DNA of 64,000 nucleotides from Candidatus Sulfomarinibacteraceae bacterium. Lineage in GTDB: Bacteria > Acidobacteriota > Thermoanaerobaculia > Thermoanaerobaculales > Sulfomarinibacteraceae. The DNA is taken from positions 88,855 to 152,854 of the forward strand of contig CAVYKX010000017.1 in the NCBI GenBank assembly GCA_963769215.1. The letters are read 5' to 3'. Under the pieces are notes generated by a model. That model was not told the origin of the DNA. It worked only from the letters and a program-made list of their open reading frames with translations, and did no database searches. Position numbers and translations under genes: made by a program. Below, piece after piece: positions 40,267-52,147 of this stretch (within the stretch, counting starts at the first letter, position 1; every line of letters starts with the position of its first letter).

Positions 40267-40313
40267 GGGTGGGCGGGCGGAAAATCCGAAATCCGAAATC
40301 CGAAATCCGAAAT
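40267..40313 (+). repeat. G-anchor plus AAATCCG array
   Basis: gggtgggcgggcgga (aaatccg)x4 aaatt. Confidence 0.88.
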
Positions 40314-40323
40314 TTGCGGCGCG

Positions 40324-41629
40324 TCAGGGATTCAGCCGGTTGATCAACCTCGGATACGGAATCGCCTCCCGCAGGTGCGAGATCCCGCAGATCCAGGCGA
40401 CGCAGCGCTCGATTCCCATGCCGAAACCGGAGTGGGGGAAGGATCCGTAGCGGCGGATGTCCAGGTACCATTCGAACGCTTCTCGAGGCAGATCGTGGGC
40501 CGCGATCTGACGTTCCAGGTGTTCGAGGGAATCCGAACGCTCGGAACCGCCGATGATCTCGCCATAGCCTTCCGGCGCCAGCACATCGACCGCCAGTGCC
40601 CGGCTCGGGTCCGCCGGATCGGGCTGCATATAGAAGGCCTTGATATCGGCTGGGTAGCGGGTGACAAGAAGCGGCCGGTCGTAGAGCTCGGTGAGCATGG
40701 TCTCGTCGTCGCCGCCGAAGTCCTCTCCGAATTGGACATCCGAACCAAGCTCTTGCAGCTTCGTGACCGCGTCACCGTAGTCGAGTCGCGGATAGGGACG
40801 CTGGGTCGTCGGTTCGAGTATCGAGGTGTCCCGTTCCAGGCGTTTGAGGTCCTCGGTGCAGCGGTCGAGTACCCGTGACACGATCTCCGACAGGAACTCC
40901 TCGCACAGATCGAGCAGACCTTCGAAGCGCAGCCAGGCAACTTCCGGCTCAACCATCCAGAACTCGGTCAGGTGGCGGCGGGTCTTGGATTTCTCGGCGC
41001 GGAAGGTGGGTCCGAAACAGTAGACCTTGCCGAGGGCGGCGGTTGCGGGTTCGAGGTAGAGCTGGCCCGATTGGGAGAGGAAGGCGGTGTCGCCGAAATA
41101 CTCGGTCTCGAAGAGGGTCGAGGTGCCCTCGCATGCAGCCGGGGTGAGGATCGGTGAGTCGATGAGGGTGTAGCTGCGGCTCTGGAAAAAATCCCGGATC
41201 GCGAACTCGAGTTCCGAGCGGACGCGCATGATCGCGTGCTGCCGTCTTCGATCGCAGCCACAGGTGGCGGTGGTTGAGCAGGAAATCGGGCCCGTGCTCT
41301 TTTTTGCCGATCGGAAACTCGGGCGCAACTGGACGATGCTTGATTCCAGAGACCTTGAGCTCGATATCCGCCGGGTGCGCGGTCGTCCGCCGCCACGGTG
41401 CCCGGTGATCTCCACTGATGTCTCCTGGGTCAACGAGACTGCCGTTTCCCACAGTGCTTCGTCCGACCTCGGGCCGAAAGACCACGCACTGCAGATAGCC
41501 GAAACCGTCGCGCAGGATGATGAAGCGCAGCTTGCCTTTCTTGCGCCAGTTATAGACCCAACCTTTCAGGGTGACCTCCTGGTCGGCGTGGTCCGAAAGT
41601 TCGGCGATGGTGATGACGGGGCGGGACAT
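40324..41629 (-). CDS. asnS: Asparagine--tRNA ligase (frameshifts in the 5' third)
   Basis: [63 protein letters not shown]. Confidence 0.92.
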
Positions 41630-41834
41630 GCTCTCCTCCTCTCGAGTGCGGGATTGTACACGACGGGTCGTGGGGCATCAGCCCGAATGACGGAGCTCAG
41701 GAATTAGGAGATGTACGGGACATGTCGCTCACTCTCCGGCCAAGTCATTTTCGCGCTGAACAGGCAATCTGGGCGAGTGGACCGGGCTCGGGAGGTTAGG
41801 TCACAATGACCTCTTGGATTTCCGAGGAGGCTTT

Positions 41835-43330
41835 ATGGAGGTCCGTCCGAACAAACAGGAGTTCCTGAAGCTTGCCGAGAACCACGATGTGGTGCCGGTG
41901 GTGCACGAGCTGACCTCGGACACGGTGACCCCGTTCACGGTCTGCTCGCGCCTGGCCGCCGCCGGCCGCAATCCCTTCCTGCTCGAGAGCGTCGAGGGTG
42001 GTGAGCGGGCGGCCCGCTACTCCTTCGTCGGCGCCGATCCCTTTCGCATCGTCGAGATGCGAGGCGGGGCAGGTCTTGTCGACGGGACGCCCGAGTCGGG
42101 CGCGCCGCTCGAGGTGCTGCGGCGAGCGACCGATCTTGGCTCGGTGGCGCCGGTCGAGGGCTTGCCCCCATTTGCCGGCGGAGCGGTGGGCTACGTCGGG
42201 TACGACGCCGTTCGACTGGTGGAGCAGATTCCGGACTCCGGCCGCGACGAGGGTGGCCTGCCCGAAGCATGGTTCGGTCTCTACGACGGTGTGGTCGCTC
42301 TGGACCGAGCCCGCCAGCGCCTGGTGCTGGTGGCGGCCGCCCGGATCGAGGGAGATGCCGACGGTGCGTGGGCAGGCGCCAATCGACGTCTGGCGCCGAT
42401 GCGCCGGGCCCTGATCGGCGGCGAGCAGGGCCCGCGCCCGCACGTGATTCCCCGAACGGCGGACGACCGTGGGCACGGGTGGCGATGCACACTCCATCGG
42501 AGCACGACTACCTGAAGGCGTGCGCGCGAGCTCGCGAGTACATCCTTGCCGGCGACATCTTCCAGGTCGTGCTGTCTCGCCGCTGGCGGCGCATGCCGCG
42601 CTGCACCGCCGCCGAAATCTACCGCATGCTGCGGCTGACCAACCCGTCGCCCTACATGTTCTTCCTCGACACCGGTCAGGCGCGGATCCTCGGCTCGAGC
42701 CCGGAGATGCTGGTGCGGGTGCGCGACGGCGACGGTCACCACCTGCCCGATCGCCGGCACCCGCCGCCGCGGCGTCGACCGCGACGAGGACCGGCGGCTC
42801 GAGACGGAGCTGCTGGCCGACCCCAAGGAGCGCGCCGAGCACGTGATGCTGGTCGATCTCGGCCGCAACGACATCGGCCGGGTGGCGGCCCCGGGCACGG
42901 TGCGAGGTCGCGCGGGAGATGGAGGTCGAGCGCTACAGCCACGTCATGCACCTGGTCAGCGAGGTCGCAGGGCGAGCTGCCGGACGGGCTCGACGCCTGG
43001 GACGCGCTCTTCGCCTGTTTCCCGGCCGGGCACCCTCAGCGGCGCGCCCAAGGTGCGGGCGATGGAGATCATCGACGAGCTCGAGGAGGTGCGGCGCGGT
43101 GTCTACGGCGGCGCGGTCGGCTACCGCAACATCAACGGCGATCTCGACTCGTGCATCGCCATCCGCACCCTGGTGGAGCGCGGGCGGCGCGTGCAGGTGC
43201 AGGCCGGCGCCGGCATCGTCTACGACTCGGTGCCCGAGTCGCGAGCTCGAAGAGTGCGCGCAACAAGGCCAATGCCCTGATCGAGGCGGTGGCCATGGCC
43301 GAAGCTGCCGCCGAGCACGAGGAATTGTGG
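41835..43330 (+). CDS. trpE: Anthranilate synthase component I (multiple frameshifts; end approximate)
   Basis: FLLESVEGGE..ARYS, GGAVGYVGYD, GDIFQVVLS, NPSPYM, SSPE, MLVDLGRND, GTLSGAPK, IAIRT, QAGAGIV. Confidence 0.9.
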
Positions 43331-43388
43331 AGCTTGTCTCCGAATTCCGGAACTCGGCGAATTCGGAACGAGCAGGGTGCCGAGGTCG

Positions 43389-44021
43389 ATGATCCTGATG
43401 ATCGACAACTACGACTCCTTCACCTACAACCTGGTGCAGGAGCTCTCCGAGATCAGCGGCGCCGAGATCGAGGTGCGTGCGCAACGACGCGGCGCCGGTC
43501 GACGAGCTGCTCGGCCGCCGGCCCGGAGGCGATCGTGATCTCGCCCGGGCCCGGGCGAACCGCGAGGATGCCGGCATCACCATGGAGCTGGTCGGGCGCG
43601 CGGCCGACCTGCCGCTGCTCGGCATCTGCCTCGGCCACCAGGCGCTGGCCGCGGTCCACGGCGGGCAGATCGTGCGTGCGCCCGAGCCGGTGCACGGCAA
43701 GACCTCGCTGATCCACCACGCGGCGACGGGCATCTTCGAGGGCCTGCCCGAGCCCTTCGAAGCCACCCGCTACCACTCCCTGGTGGTGGAGCGCGACAGC
43801 GCTGCCGGCACGAACTCGAGATCACGCGCCTGGACCGAGGACGGCGTGATCATGGGCCTCGAGCACCGCGACCGTCCCCACTTCGGCGTCCAGTTCCACC
43901 CCGAGTCCTACCTCTGCCGCCACGGCATGCAGCTGCTGGCGCACTTCCTCCACATCGCCGGCGTGCCGCTGCAGCGAGACTGGGCAGAGTCGAGCTCGAA
44001 CGAGGAACCCATTCGGCTGTC

Positions 44022-44025
<4 letters not shown>
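43389..44025 (+). CDS. trpG: Anthranilate synthase component II (frameshifts)
   Basis: MIDNYDSFTYNL, ISPGPG, GICLGHQ, RYHSL, GVQFHPES. Confidence 0.9.
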
Positions 44026-45069
<1,044 letters not shown>

Positions 45070-45077
<8 letters not shown>

Positions 45078-45870
45078 ATCCGTCCTTGATCGAATCGTCG
45101 CAGCCGGTTCTTCGACGGTTGGATTCAACCCCCGAAATGCCGGCTCTCGAGCAAGCCGCGCGTGCGGCATCGGATACCCGTCGAAACGTTGGGGGCCGCT
45201 CACTGCGGATGGCTCTCTCGGTGCCCGGCCCGGCGGTGATCGCCGAGTGCAAAAAGGCGTCTCCATCGGCCGGTGTGATCCGGGATCCCTTCGATCCGTC
45301 GGACCTTGCCAGATCCTATGCCGCCGGTGGAGCGGCGGCGATCTCGGTCGTCACCGAGCCGGATTTCTTCCACGGCGACCCGGAATGGTTGGCCGCGGTG
45401 CGGCGCGCGGTGTCGTTGCCGGTCCTCAGAAAAGATTTCATCGTCACCCGCCGTCAGCTCTTCGAGACCTCGGTCCTCGGCGCGGATGCCGTGCTGCTGA
45501 TTGCCCGCCTCCTCGACCGCGAGACTCTGGACGAACTGCTGACCCTGGCTGCGGATCTCGAGATCGAGGTGCTGCTGGAGATCTTCGCTGATGAGGATCC
45601 GTCGATGGTCATCGATTCCGGTGCGCAGATCATCGGAGTCAATGCTCGCGATCTGGCGACATTCGAAACGCGATTTCGACCGGGTGGAAGAATTGGCGCA
45701 GGAACTGCCTGAGGATCGGATTCGGGTTGCCGAGAGCGGGATCCGCAGCAAAGAGGATCTCGAGCGGCTCCACCGTGCCGGCTACGGGGCCTTCCTGGTC
45801 GGCGAGCATCTGGTGCGAGCCGAGGATCCCGAAGAGGCTGTACGTGCTTCTTCTCGGGCACGGGCACGCG
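45070..45870 (+). CDS. trpC: Indole-3-glycerol phosphate synthase (frameshifts; end approximate)
   Basis: IAECKKASPSAG, SVVTEPDFF, LRKDFI, GADAVLLI, GVNARDL, VAESGI, LVGE. Confidence 0.9.
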
Positions 45871-45905
45871 CGCGACCACGAGCATGGGTATGGAGAAGGA
45901 GACGG

Positions 45906-46502
45906 GTGCTAGTCAAGATCTGTGGAATCACCGACCGGAAGACGCCGACGCAGCGAAAGCAGCCGGCGCGGATTTTCTGGGATTCGTCTTCAGACAGGGC
46001 ACGCCGCGTGCTCTGAATCCCGAACGCGCGGGGTGGATCCGAGATATCGGGGATGTACAGACGGTCGGCGTGTTTCTCGATGCTCCACTGGACGAGGTCC
46101 AACACATTCGAGACCTTCTGAATCTCGATTGGGTTCAGCTCCACGGCGACGAACCCGATTCGTACCTCGATGACCATCGGTGAAAACGTGATTCGCCGGG
46201 TCAAGGTTGGCGCGACGGTTGACTGGGATCGTGTGGCGTGGCTCTCCGAGCGCTGCCTCCCCCTCTTCGACCCCGGCGCCGGCGATGGCACGACCTGGGC
46301 GTGGGACGTTCTGATCGAACGACCTGAAGGGCTTCGATTCGGTCTCGCGGGTGGGCTCGACCCCGACAATGTGGCCGATGCGGTACGAGCTGTCAGACCT
46401 TATCTGGTCGATGTCTCTTCCGGTGTCGAGGCTTCCCCTGCCATCAAGGACCACGCCAAAGTTCGGGATTTCATTACGAACGTCAGGACGTCCGTACGTT
46501 AA
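45906..46502 (+). CDS. trpF: Phosphoribosylanthranilate isomerase (frameshifts)
   Basis: [41 protein letters not shown]. Confidence 0.9.
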
Positions 46503-46605
46503 GACGTTTGGTTCATCCGGGAAGACATGAGGTCGAGTACATATTCGAAACGAGCCCTGGTTTGCCTATCCGAAGCCTGCACCGCCGAGGGCTCTTGAGG
46601 GATCG

Positions 46606-46776
46606 AAGAACCACAGAGACACGGAGTTCACAGAGAGCATCACAGAGTCATTCTCTTCGTAATATGGGAGAACCTGTCGATATGCTGCATCCTCAAAGCG
46701 CTCGGGTCACACCTGGTGCCAGTGTTTGAAACTCCTCTGTGTCCTTCTCTGTGCGCTCTGTGACTCTGTGGTGGTT
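46606..46776. mobile_element. MITE-like element, CACAGAG 9-mer family, copy 1
   Basis: aaccacagagacacggagttcacagag ... ctctgtgcgctctgtgactctgtggtggtt; reverse complement of 55002-55168. Confidence 0.75.
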
Positions 46777-46880
46777 TTGACCCTGATTCTCGCCAGGCGG
46801 CAGCCGACTCACCCCATGAAATACCGAATGGGCCAAACGTTTGAGTGTTGAATTCGTAGGAAGCCCTGAAGGAGGAGTTC

Positions 46881-47906
46881 ATGAAATCTGTGCGGATGCT
46901 GATGTGTGTGCTGTGTTTTGCTGTGATTGCGTGTTCGCCCTGTGCCAATCAACCCGAAATGGAGGCTGTCAGTAGCTTTCCAGAGCTCCGCGGCCCCTAT
47001 CTCGGCCAGCAGCCTCCCGGGCTCGAACCGGAACTCTTCGCGCCCGGAATCGTGTCGACCGGTCTTGCCACGCGTGACGTGGCCATGATGCCCGACGGTT
47101 CAGAGATCTATTTCTCCGTGACCGCCGGAAGCAGCACGATGATCATGGTGACGAGAGAAGAAGACGGCGTGTGGACCGAGCCGGTCGTGGCTCCATTCTC
47201 CGGTCGCTACCTCGATATCGAACCGGCGATCTCCCCCGATGGACAGAAGTTCTTCTTCCTCTCGACCCGGCCTCAACCGGGCCAGGAAGAAAAACCCGGG
47301 TGGGTCTATCAGGACATCTGGGTGATGGATCGCGAGGACGACGGCTGGGGGGAGCCATACAACCTGGGGGCTCCCGTCAATTCCGATGCGCCTGAGTATT
47401 TCCCGTCGGTCACCAATGACGGAACCGTCTATTTCACCCGAGAGGGAGAGGGCCGCGAATCCGCCACCTATCGCTCTCGGCTTGTTGACGGCGTTTACAC
47501 CGCGCCTGAAAAGCTCGGGCCGGAAGTCAACTGTGGTACCAATCGGTTCAACGTCTACGTAGCGCCGGATGAGAGCTTTGCGATCGTGCCCGCGGCGGGC
47601 CGCGAGGACAGCCTCGGGGGCGCCGACTACTATGTGGTCTTCCGCTCAGACGACGATACGTGGTCCGAGCCGATCAATATGGGACCGGCGATCAACCAGC
47701 CGGAGGGACGTGAGTGGTCGGCTTCGCTGTCGCCGGATGGCAAGTACCTCTTCTTCATGTCCTCGCGTTCGACGGCGACGACGAATGAGCCGCTTGCCGG
47801 AACCACGATCACCGAGTTGGTGGCGTCGTCGACCGAGCCAGGCCGCGGCAGCTCAGACATCTGGTGGGTCAGCGCCGAGGTCATCGAGCAGCTGCGACCC
47901 GAGTAG
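46881..47906 (+). CDS. Lipoprotein with PD40/TolB-like beta-propeller, inside the trp operon
   Basis: Signal with VIAC; GPYLGQQPPG..PELFAPGIVST, PAISPDG, VNSDAPEYFPSV, LSPDGKYLFF; AAGGAGGAG RBS. Confidence 0.8.
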   Translation: MKSVRMLMCVLCFAVIACSPCANQPEMEAVSSFPELRGPYLGQQPPGLEPELFAPGIVSTGLATRDVAMMPDGSEIYFSVTAGSSTMIMVTREEDGVWTEPVVAPFSGRYLDIEPAISPDGQKFFFLSTRPQPGQEEKPGWVYQDIWVMDREDDGWGEPYNLGAPVNSDAPEYFPSVTNDGTVYFTREGEGRESATYRSRLVDGVYTAPEKLGPEVNCGTNRFNVYVAPDESFAIVPAAGREDSLGGADYYVVFRSDDDTWSEPINMGPAINQPEGREWSASLSPDGKYLFFMSSRSTATTNEPLAGTTITELVASSTEPGRGSSDIWWVSAEVIEQLRPE

Positions 47907-47910
47907 CACC

Positions 47911-47983
47911 CAGTTTTGAGTTTTGAGTTCCCCCGCCCGCCCGGGACGCTTGCCGCGGGTGGGTGGTCGGAACTCAAAACTGG
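47911..47983. repeat. Inverted G-anchor plus CAAAACT array pair
   Basis: cagtttt gagtttt gagttcc cccgcccgccc...gggtgggtggtcgg aactcaaaactgg. Confidence 0.8.
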
Positions 47984-47994
47984 CTCATCGATGA

Positions 47995-48160
47995 TGAGAT
48001 CGAAGAGAAATCGAGGTGGCCGGGAAGGGGTGCCATTGCTGCCGTCGCAATCCAAAGTCACAAAGACAAGAAAAATTTCTACCCTCTTCTCACTTCAGTC
48101 TTGTGTCTCCTTTTTTCGAGTTTCTGGTTCAAGTGTTCGGGTGGGCGGGTGGAAAATCCC
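47995..48160 (+). mobile_element. Internally deleted CACGAAG-family element, copy 3
   Basis: Shares gagat.gaagagaaat.cgaggtg, gccgtcgcaa..aagtcacaaagac and ggttcaag.tgttcgggtggg.gggtggaaa with 23490-23763. Confidence 0.65.
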
Positions 48161-48243
48161 GATGTCATCCATGCATCGGATAACCAAACTAAATCTCAAC
48201 ACATAGAACTTCCTGCTGCGGATTCAGGTAGAATCGTTCGCCC

Positions 48244-49440
48244 ATGAAGAAGCTCCCCGACGCTCGCGGTTATTTTGGTGACTATGGGGGACGGTTTGTC
48301 CCTGAAACATTGATGGCGCCGCTCGCCGAACTCGAGGCGGCATATCGAAAAGCCGGCCGCGACAAGACTTTTCGGGCGAGACTCGACGGTCTTTTGAAGA
48401 ACTTCGTCGGTCGGCCGACGCCGCTGTATCAGGCGCACCGGTTGTCGGCTCGCCTCGGCGGTTCGAAAATCTGGCTCAAACGGGAAGACCTCTGCCACAC
48501 CGGCGCCCACAAGATCAACAACGCCTTGGGACAAGGTTTGTTGGCGTGCGAAATGGGCAAGCAGCGAGTGATTGCAGAGACCGGGGCCGGTCAGCACGGC
48601 GTCGCGGTCGCCTCGGCGGCCGCACTTCTCGGCCTTGAGTGCCGTGTCTACATGGGTTCTGAGGACATGCGCCGCCAGGAACTGAACGTGGTTCGGATGC
48701 GGCTGATGGGCGCCGAGGTGGTTCCTGTGGATTCAGGCGCTCGCACGCTCAAAGACGCCATCAACGAGTCCTTGCGCGATTGGGTCACCAATGTGCGCTC
48801 CACCCACTATATTCTCGGTTCGGTTCTCGGCCCGCACCCCTACCCGAAAATGGTACGAGACTTCCAGACGGTGATCGGACGAGAGGCGATCACCCAGTTC
48901 AAGAAAGCCAAACGCACGTTGCCGGACCTGGTGGTGGCCTGCGTCGGCGGCGGATCCAATGCTGCCGGCATCTTTACCGCCTTCATCCCCTACGAGGCGG
49001 TTGGCCTTGTAGGCGTCGAAGCCGGCGGCCGCGGACCCGCTCCCGGGGACCACGCCGCCAGGTTCACGGGGACCGGTGCCACGGGCATCCTGCACGGCAC
49101 CCGAACCACGGTTCTCCAGGACGGCGACGGACAGGTTCTCGCCACCCACTCGGTATCCGCCGGACTGGACTATCCCGCGGTGGGCCCGGAACACGTGCAG
49201 TGGCGTGAGAGCGGCAGGGTCAGATACACGAGCGTTACCGATGACGAGGCGATTGCCGCCTTCCACCTCTTGTGCGAGTGCGAGGGTATCGTTCCGGCCC
49301 TGGAGTCCGCCCACGCTGTTGCCTACGCGATCAAGACCGCACCGTCCATGTCTCTCAGTACCAACATTCTCGTGAATTTGTCGGGCCGTGGAGACAAGGA
49401 CTTGAGTGAGGTCAGCCTGGTGGATGGGAGCTCGACATGA
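48244..49440 (+). CDS. trpB: Tryptophan synthase beta chain
   Basis: [44 protein letters not shown]. Confidence 0.97.
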   Translation: MKKLPDARGYFGDYGGRFVPETLMAPLAELEAAYRKAGRDKTFRARLDGLLKNFVGRPTPLYQAHRLSARLGGSKIWLKREDLCHTGAHKINNALGQGLLACEMGKQRVIAETGAGQHGVAVASAAALLGLECRVYMGSEDMRRQELNVVRMRLMGAEVVPVDSGARTLKDAINESLRDWVTNVRSTHYILGSVLGPHPYPKMVRDFQTVIGREAITQFKKAKRTLPDLVVACVGGGSNAAGIFTAFIPYEAVGLVGVEAGGRGPAPGDHAARFTGTGATGILHGTRTTVLQDGDGQVLATHSVSAGLDYPAVGPEHVQWRESGRVRYTSVTDDEAIAAFHLLCECEGIVPALESAHAVAYAIKTAPSMSLSTNILVNLSGRGDKDLSEVSLVDGSST

Positions 49441-50234
49441 GCCGGCTGGAGGAGGCGTTCCGCGCCGCGAAGCGAGACAAACGGGCAGCCTTCGTGCCCT
49501 ACGTTACCGCCGGTGATCCGAGTCTCGAACGCACCGTCGATATTGCTCATGCGCTGGTGCGTTGCGGCGCCGATGTGCTCGAGCTCGGGGTTCCGTTTTC
49601 GGATCCGGTGGCCGATGGTCTGACCAACCAACGAGCGGCGGAACGCGCCCTCGCTGCGGGAACATCACTGGCAGGGGTTCTGGCGGCCGTCAAGGTGTTG
49701 CGCCAGGGCCTCGACGTTCCGATCGTCCTCTTCAGCTATGCAAATCCGATCGTCCGATACGGAATCGAAGAGTTCACCAGAGATGCCTCGGACGCTGGGG
49801 TCGACGGTGTGCTCTTCACCGACGTGCCGGTTGAAGAGATGTCTCTCTTCGAGGAACCGCTCGCGGCTGCCGGACTCGACCCGATCATGTTGGTGACGCC
49901 AACATCGGACAGGCAGAGGATGAAGGCGACGGCCAGGTTTGGAAGCGGGTTTTTGTACCTGGTATCTCGTACAGGCGTGACAGGCGTGCAGCGCGATCTC
50001 GATGCGGAGCTCGAGGCCAATGTCCGTGCCGCGCGACGGGCGTCAAAGCTTCCAGTTGCCGTGGGTTTCGGGATCTCAACGCCGGAGCAAGTGGCCCAGG
50101 TGGCGGCTCTTGCCGACGGCGTTGTCGTCGGATCGGCCATCGTCAGCCGAATCGGCGCCCTCGGCGACTGCGAAGAGCTTGTCGATGAAGTCGAAAAATT
50201 CGCATCCACCCTCGCTGCCGCCTGTAGACGCTGA
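49437..50234 (+). CDS. trpA: Tryptophan synthase alpha chain
   Basis: [39 protein letters not shown]. Confidence 0.96.
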   Translation: MSRLEEAFRAAKRDKRAAFVPYVTAGDPSLERTVDIAHALVRCGADVLELGVPFSDPVADGLTNQRAAERALAAGTSLAGVLAAVKVLRQGLDVPIVLFSYANPIVRYGIEEFTRDASDAGVDGVLFTDVPVEEMSLFEEPLAAAGLDPIMLVTPTSDRQRMKATARFGSGFLYLVSRTGVTGVQRDLDAELEANVRAARRASKLPVAVGFGISTPEQVAQVAALADGVVVGSAIVSRIGALGDCEELVDEVEKFASTLAAACRR

Positions 50235-50238
50235 TGAT

Positions 50239-50452
<214 letters not shown>

Positions 50453-50455
50453 GAA

Positions 50456-51232
50456 ATGGGTCGTCCCAAGCGCCGCCGTCTCGGTCAGAACTTCCTGGTG
50501 GATCGCACCGTCGCGGAGCGCATTGCGGCCGAACTTTCCGAGGATCCGCCTCGAGTGCTCGAGATCGGACCAGGGCGAGGGGCCTTGACCGAACCGCTTC
50601 TGGAGAGATTCGAGCGGGTTCTGGCTCTCGAGCTTGACGAAAACCTGGCGCCGCAGCTGCGACAGCAATTCAGCGATCGAAATCTCGAGGTGCTGTGCGC
50701 CGATGCCCTGACCGAGGATCTCGACGGTCTCTTGGCCGCCGAGTCGCCGTGGCAAGCTGCTTCGAATCTCCCGTACTCCGTCGGGACGGCGATTCTGCGC
50801 CGATTGATGCCGCGCCACGATCTCTTCAGCCGTCTGGTGGTGATGCTGCAGCGAGAGGTGGCTCACAGGGTAGTTGCCAAACCTGGAGGCAGCGGCCACG
50901 GATTGTTGGCGCTGGAACGCGCGGCGTGGGCGGACGCGAGGCTCATCTTTGACGTGCCTCCGCGAGCCTTCCGGCCGCGTCCCAAAGTGATGTCGAGCGT
51001 CGTCGTGCTCGACCTCAAGCGATCCGCGTACGGCCGGGATGTCTTGGATCAGGCCCTGGCCCTGGCGTCGAAAGGGCTCACCCGGGCGCGAAAAATGCTG
51101 ACCAACGCCTTCTCACCGAGGCTCGAGGCGGCGCAGATCAGAGCCGCCGGCCTCGACCCCACGAGCCGGCCGGGAACGATCACGCTCGCGGGCTGGATCA
51201 GGCTTGCAGAGGTTCTGAAAAAAGAGCCATAA
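50456..51232 (+). CDS. rsmA: 16S rRNA m6,2A dimethyltransferase
   Basis: LGQNFL, LEIGPGRGALT, SNLPY, MLQREVA, AFRPRPKV. Confidence 0.93.
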   Translation: MGRPKRRRLGQNFLVDRTVAERIAAELSEDPPRVLEIGPGRGALTEPLLERFERVLALELDENLAPQLRQQFSDRNLEVLCADALTEDLDGLLAAESPWQAASNLPYSVGTAILRRLMPRHDLFSRLVVMLQREVAHRVVAKPGGSGHGLLALERAAWADARLIFDVPPRAFRPRPKVMSSVVVLDLKRSAYGRDVLDQALALASKGLTRARKMLTNAFSPRLEAAQIRAAGLDPTSRPGTITLAGWIRLAEVLKKEP

Positions 51233-51354
51233 GTTGGCGTCTGGCAATCATTTGCCTGGAAGTGATACCATTCTAGGAGGATGTATTTGTGCGCTGAATT
51301 CTGTCGGTCGACCTGCCGGCCGGGGCGGTTTCTGCGGCCCGCCGGAGCGTGGGG

Positions 51355-52147
51355 ATGACGCTGTGGCAGGCTGTGCTGCTTGGCATTCTGCAGGGAGTGA
51401 CGGAATTTCTTCCGGTGTCTTCGTCCGGCCATCTGGCGCTCGCCCAAATGCTGATCCCGGGTTTCGAACAACCCGGTGTGGTATTTGACGCCATGCTGCA
51501 CGTTGGGACGGCGACTGCGGTGGTGTGGTTTGAAAGGCGTCAGATCATCGAATGGATGGGCAACGCCAGAGGCCGCAGGTTGCTCGGTCTCCTGGTTCTC
51601 GGTACGGTGGCGACCGCCCTTATCGCTCTTCCGCTGCCGCCGATTTGCCGTCGAAGCGTTTTCCCTTCCGGCGTGGATCGGAGTCGCGTTGGTGCTCACC
51701 GGCTGTGTGGTCGGCGCCACAAAATGGATGGCGGGCGGTCCACTCGGTGAAGTTCAGATGACCTGGCGTCAAGCGATCGGAGTTGGTCTCGTACAGGGAT
51801 TGGCGATCTTCCCGGGTCTTTCGCGGTCAGGTATGACCATCGTTGCCGGTCTGGCCGGTGGTCTCGAGCGGGTCTGGGCGGCGCGGTTTTCTTTTCTCCT
51901 TGCAGTGCCGGCCATCGCCGCAGCCACCGTCCTCGAGATCGCAGGCTCGTGGCGGGTTCCGTATCGGCCCGACATCGGATTCGGTGTCGCCTGTTTCGTG
52001 GGGGCCATCGCGGCAGGGATCACCGGCTACTTTGCCATCAAGCTCGTGATCGGGAGCCTGTCGAGCAAAATCTTCCACCGCTTCGCGTGGTACTGCATAC
52101 CTCTGGGAATCGTCGTTCTCGCCATCTCGTGGGGAGGGCTTCGATGA
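51355..52147 (+). CDS. uppP: Undecaprenyl-diphosphate phosphatase (frameshift near 51640)
   Basis: QGVTEFLPVSSSGHL, PGLSRSGMT, FSFLL. Confidence 0.92.

Noticed and set aside
40324-41629. Frameshifted genes (asnS, cysE, uppP, kinase, phosphatase) as pseudogenes or programmed frameshifts
   Set aside because: Motifs are intact on both sides of each break, there are no consistent slippery sites, and the pattern fits sequencing indels.
41630-41834. Possible trp attenuator leader peptide
   Set aside because: The short ORFs have at most one Trp codon, and there is no terminator hairpin with a U tract or T-box.
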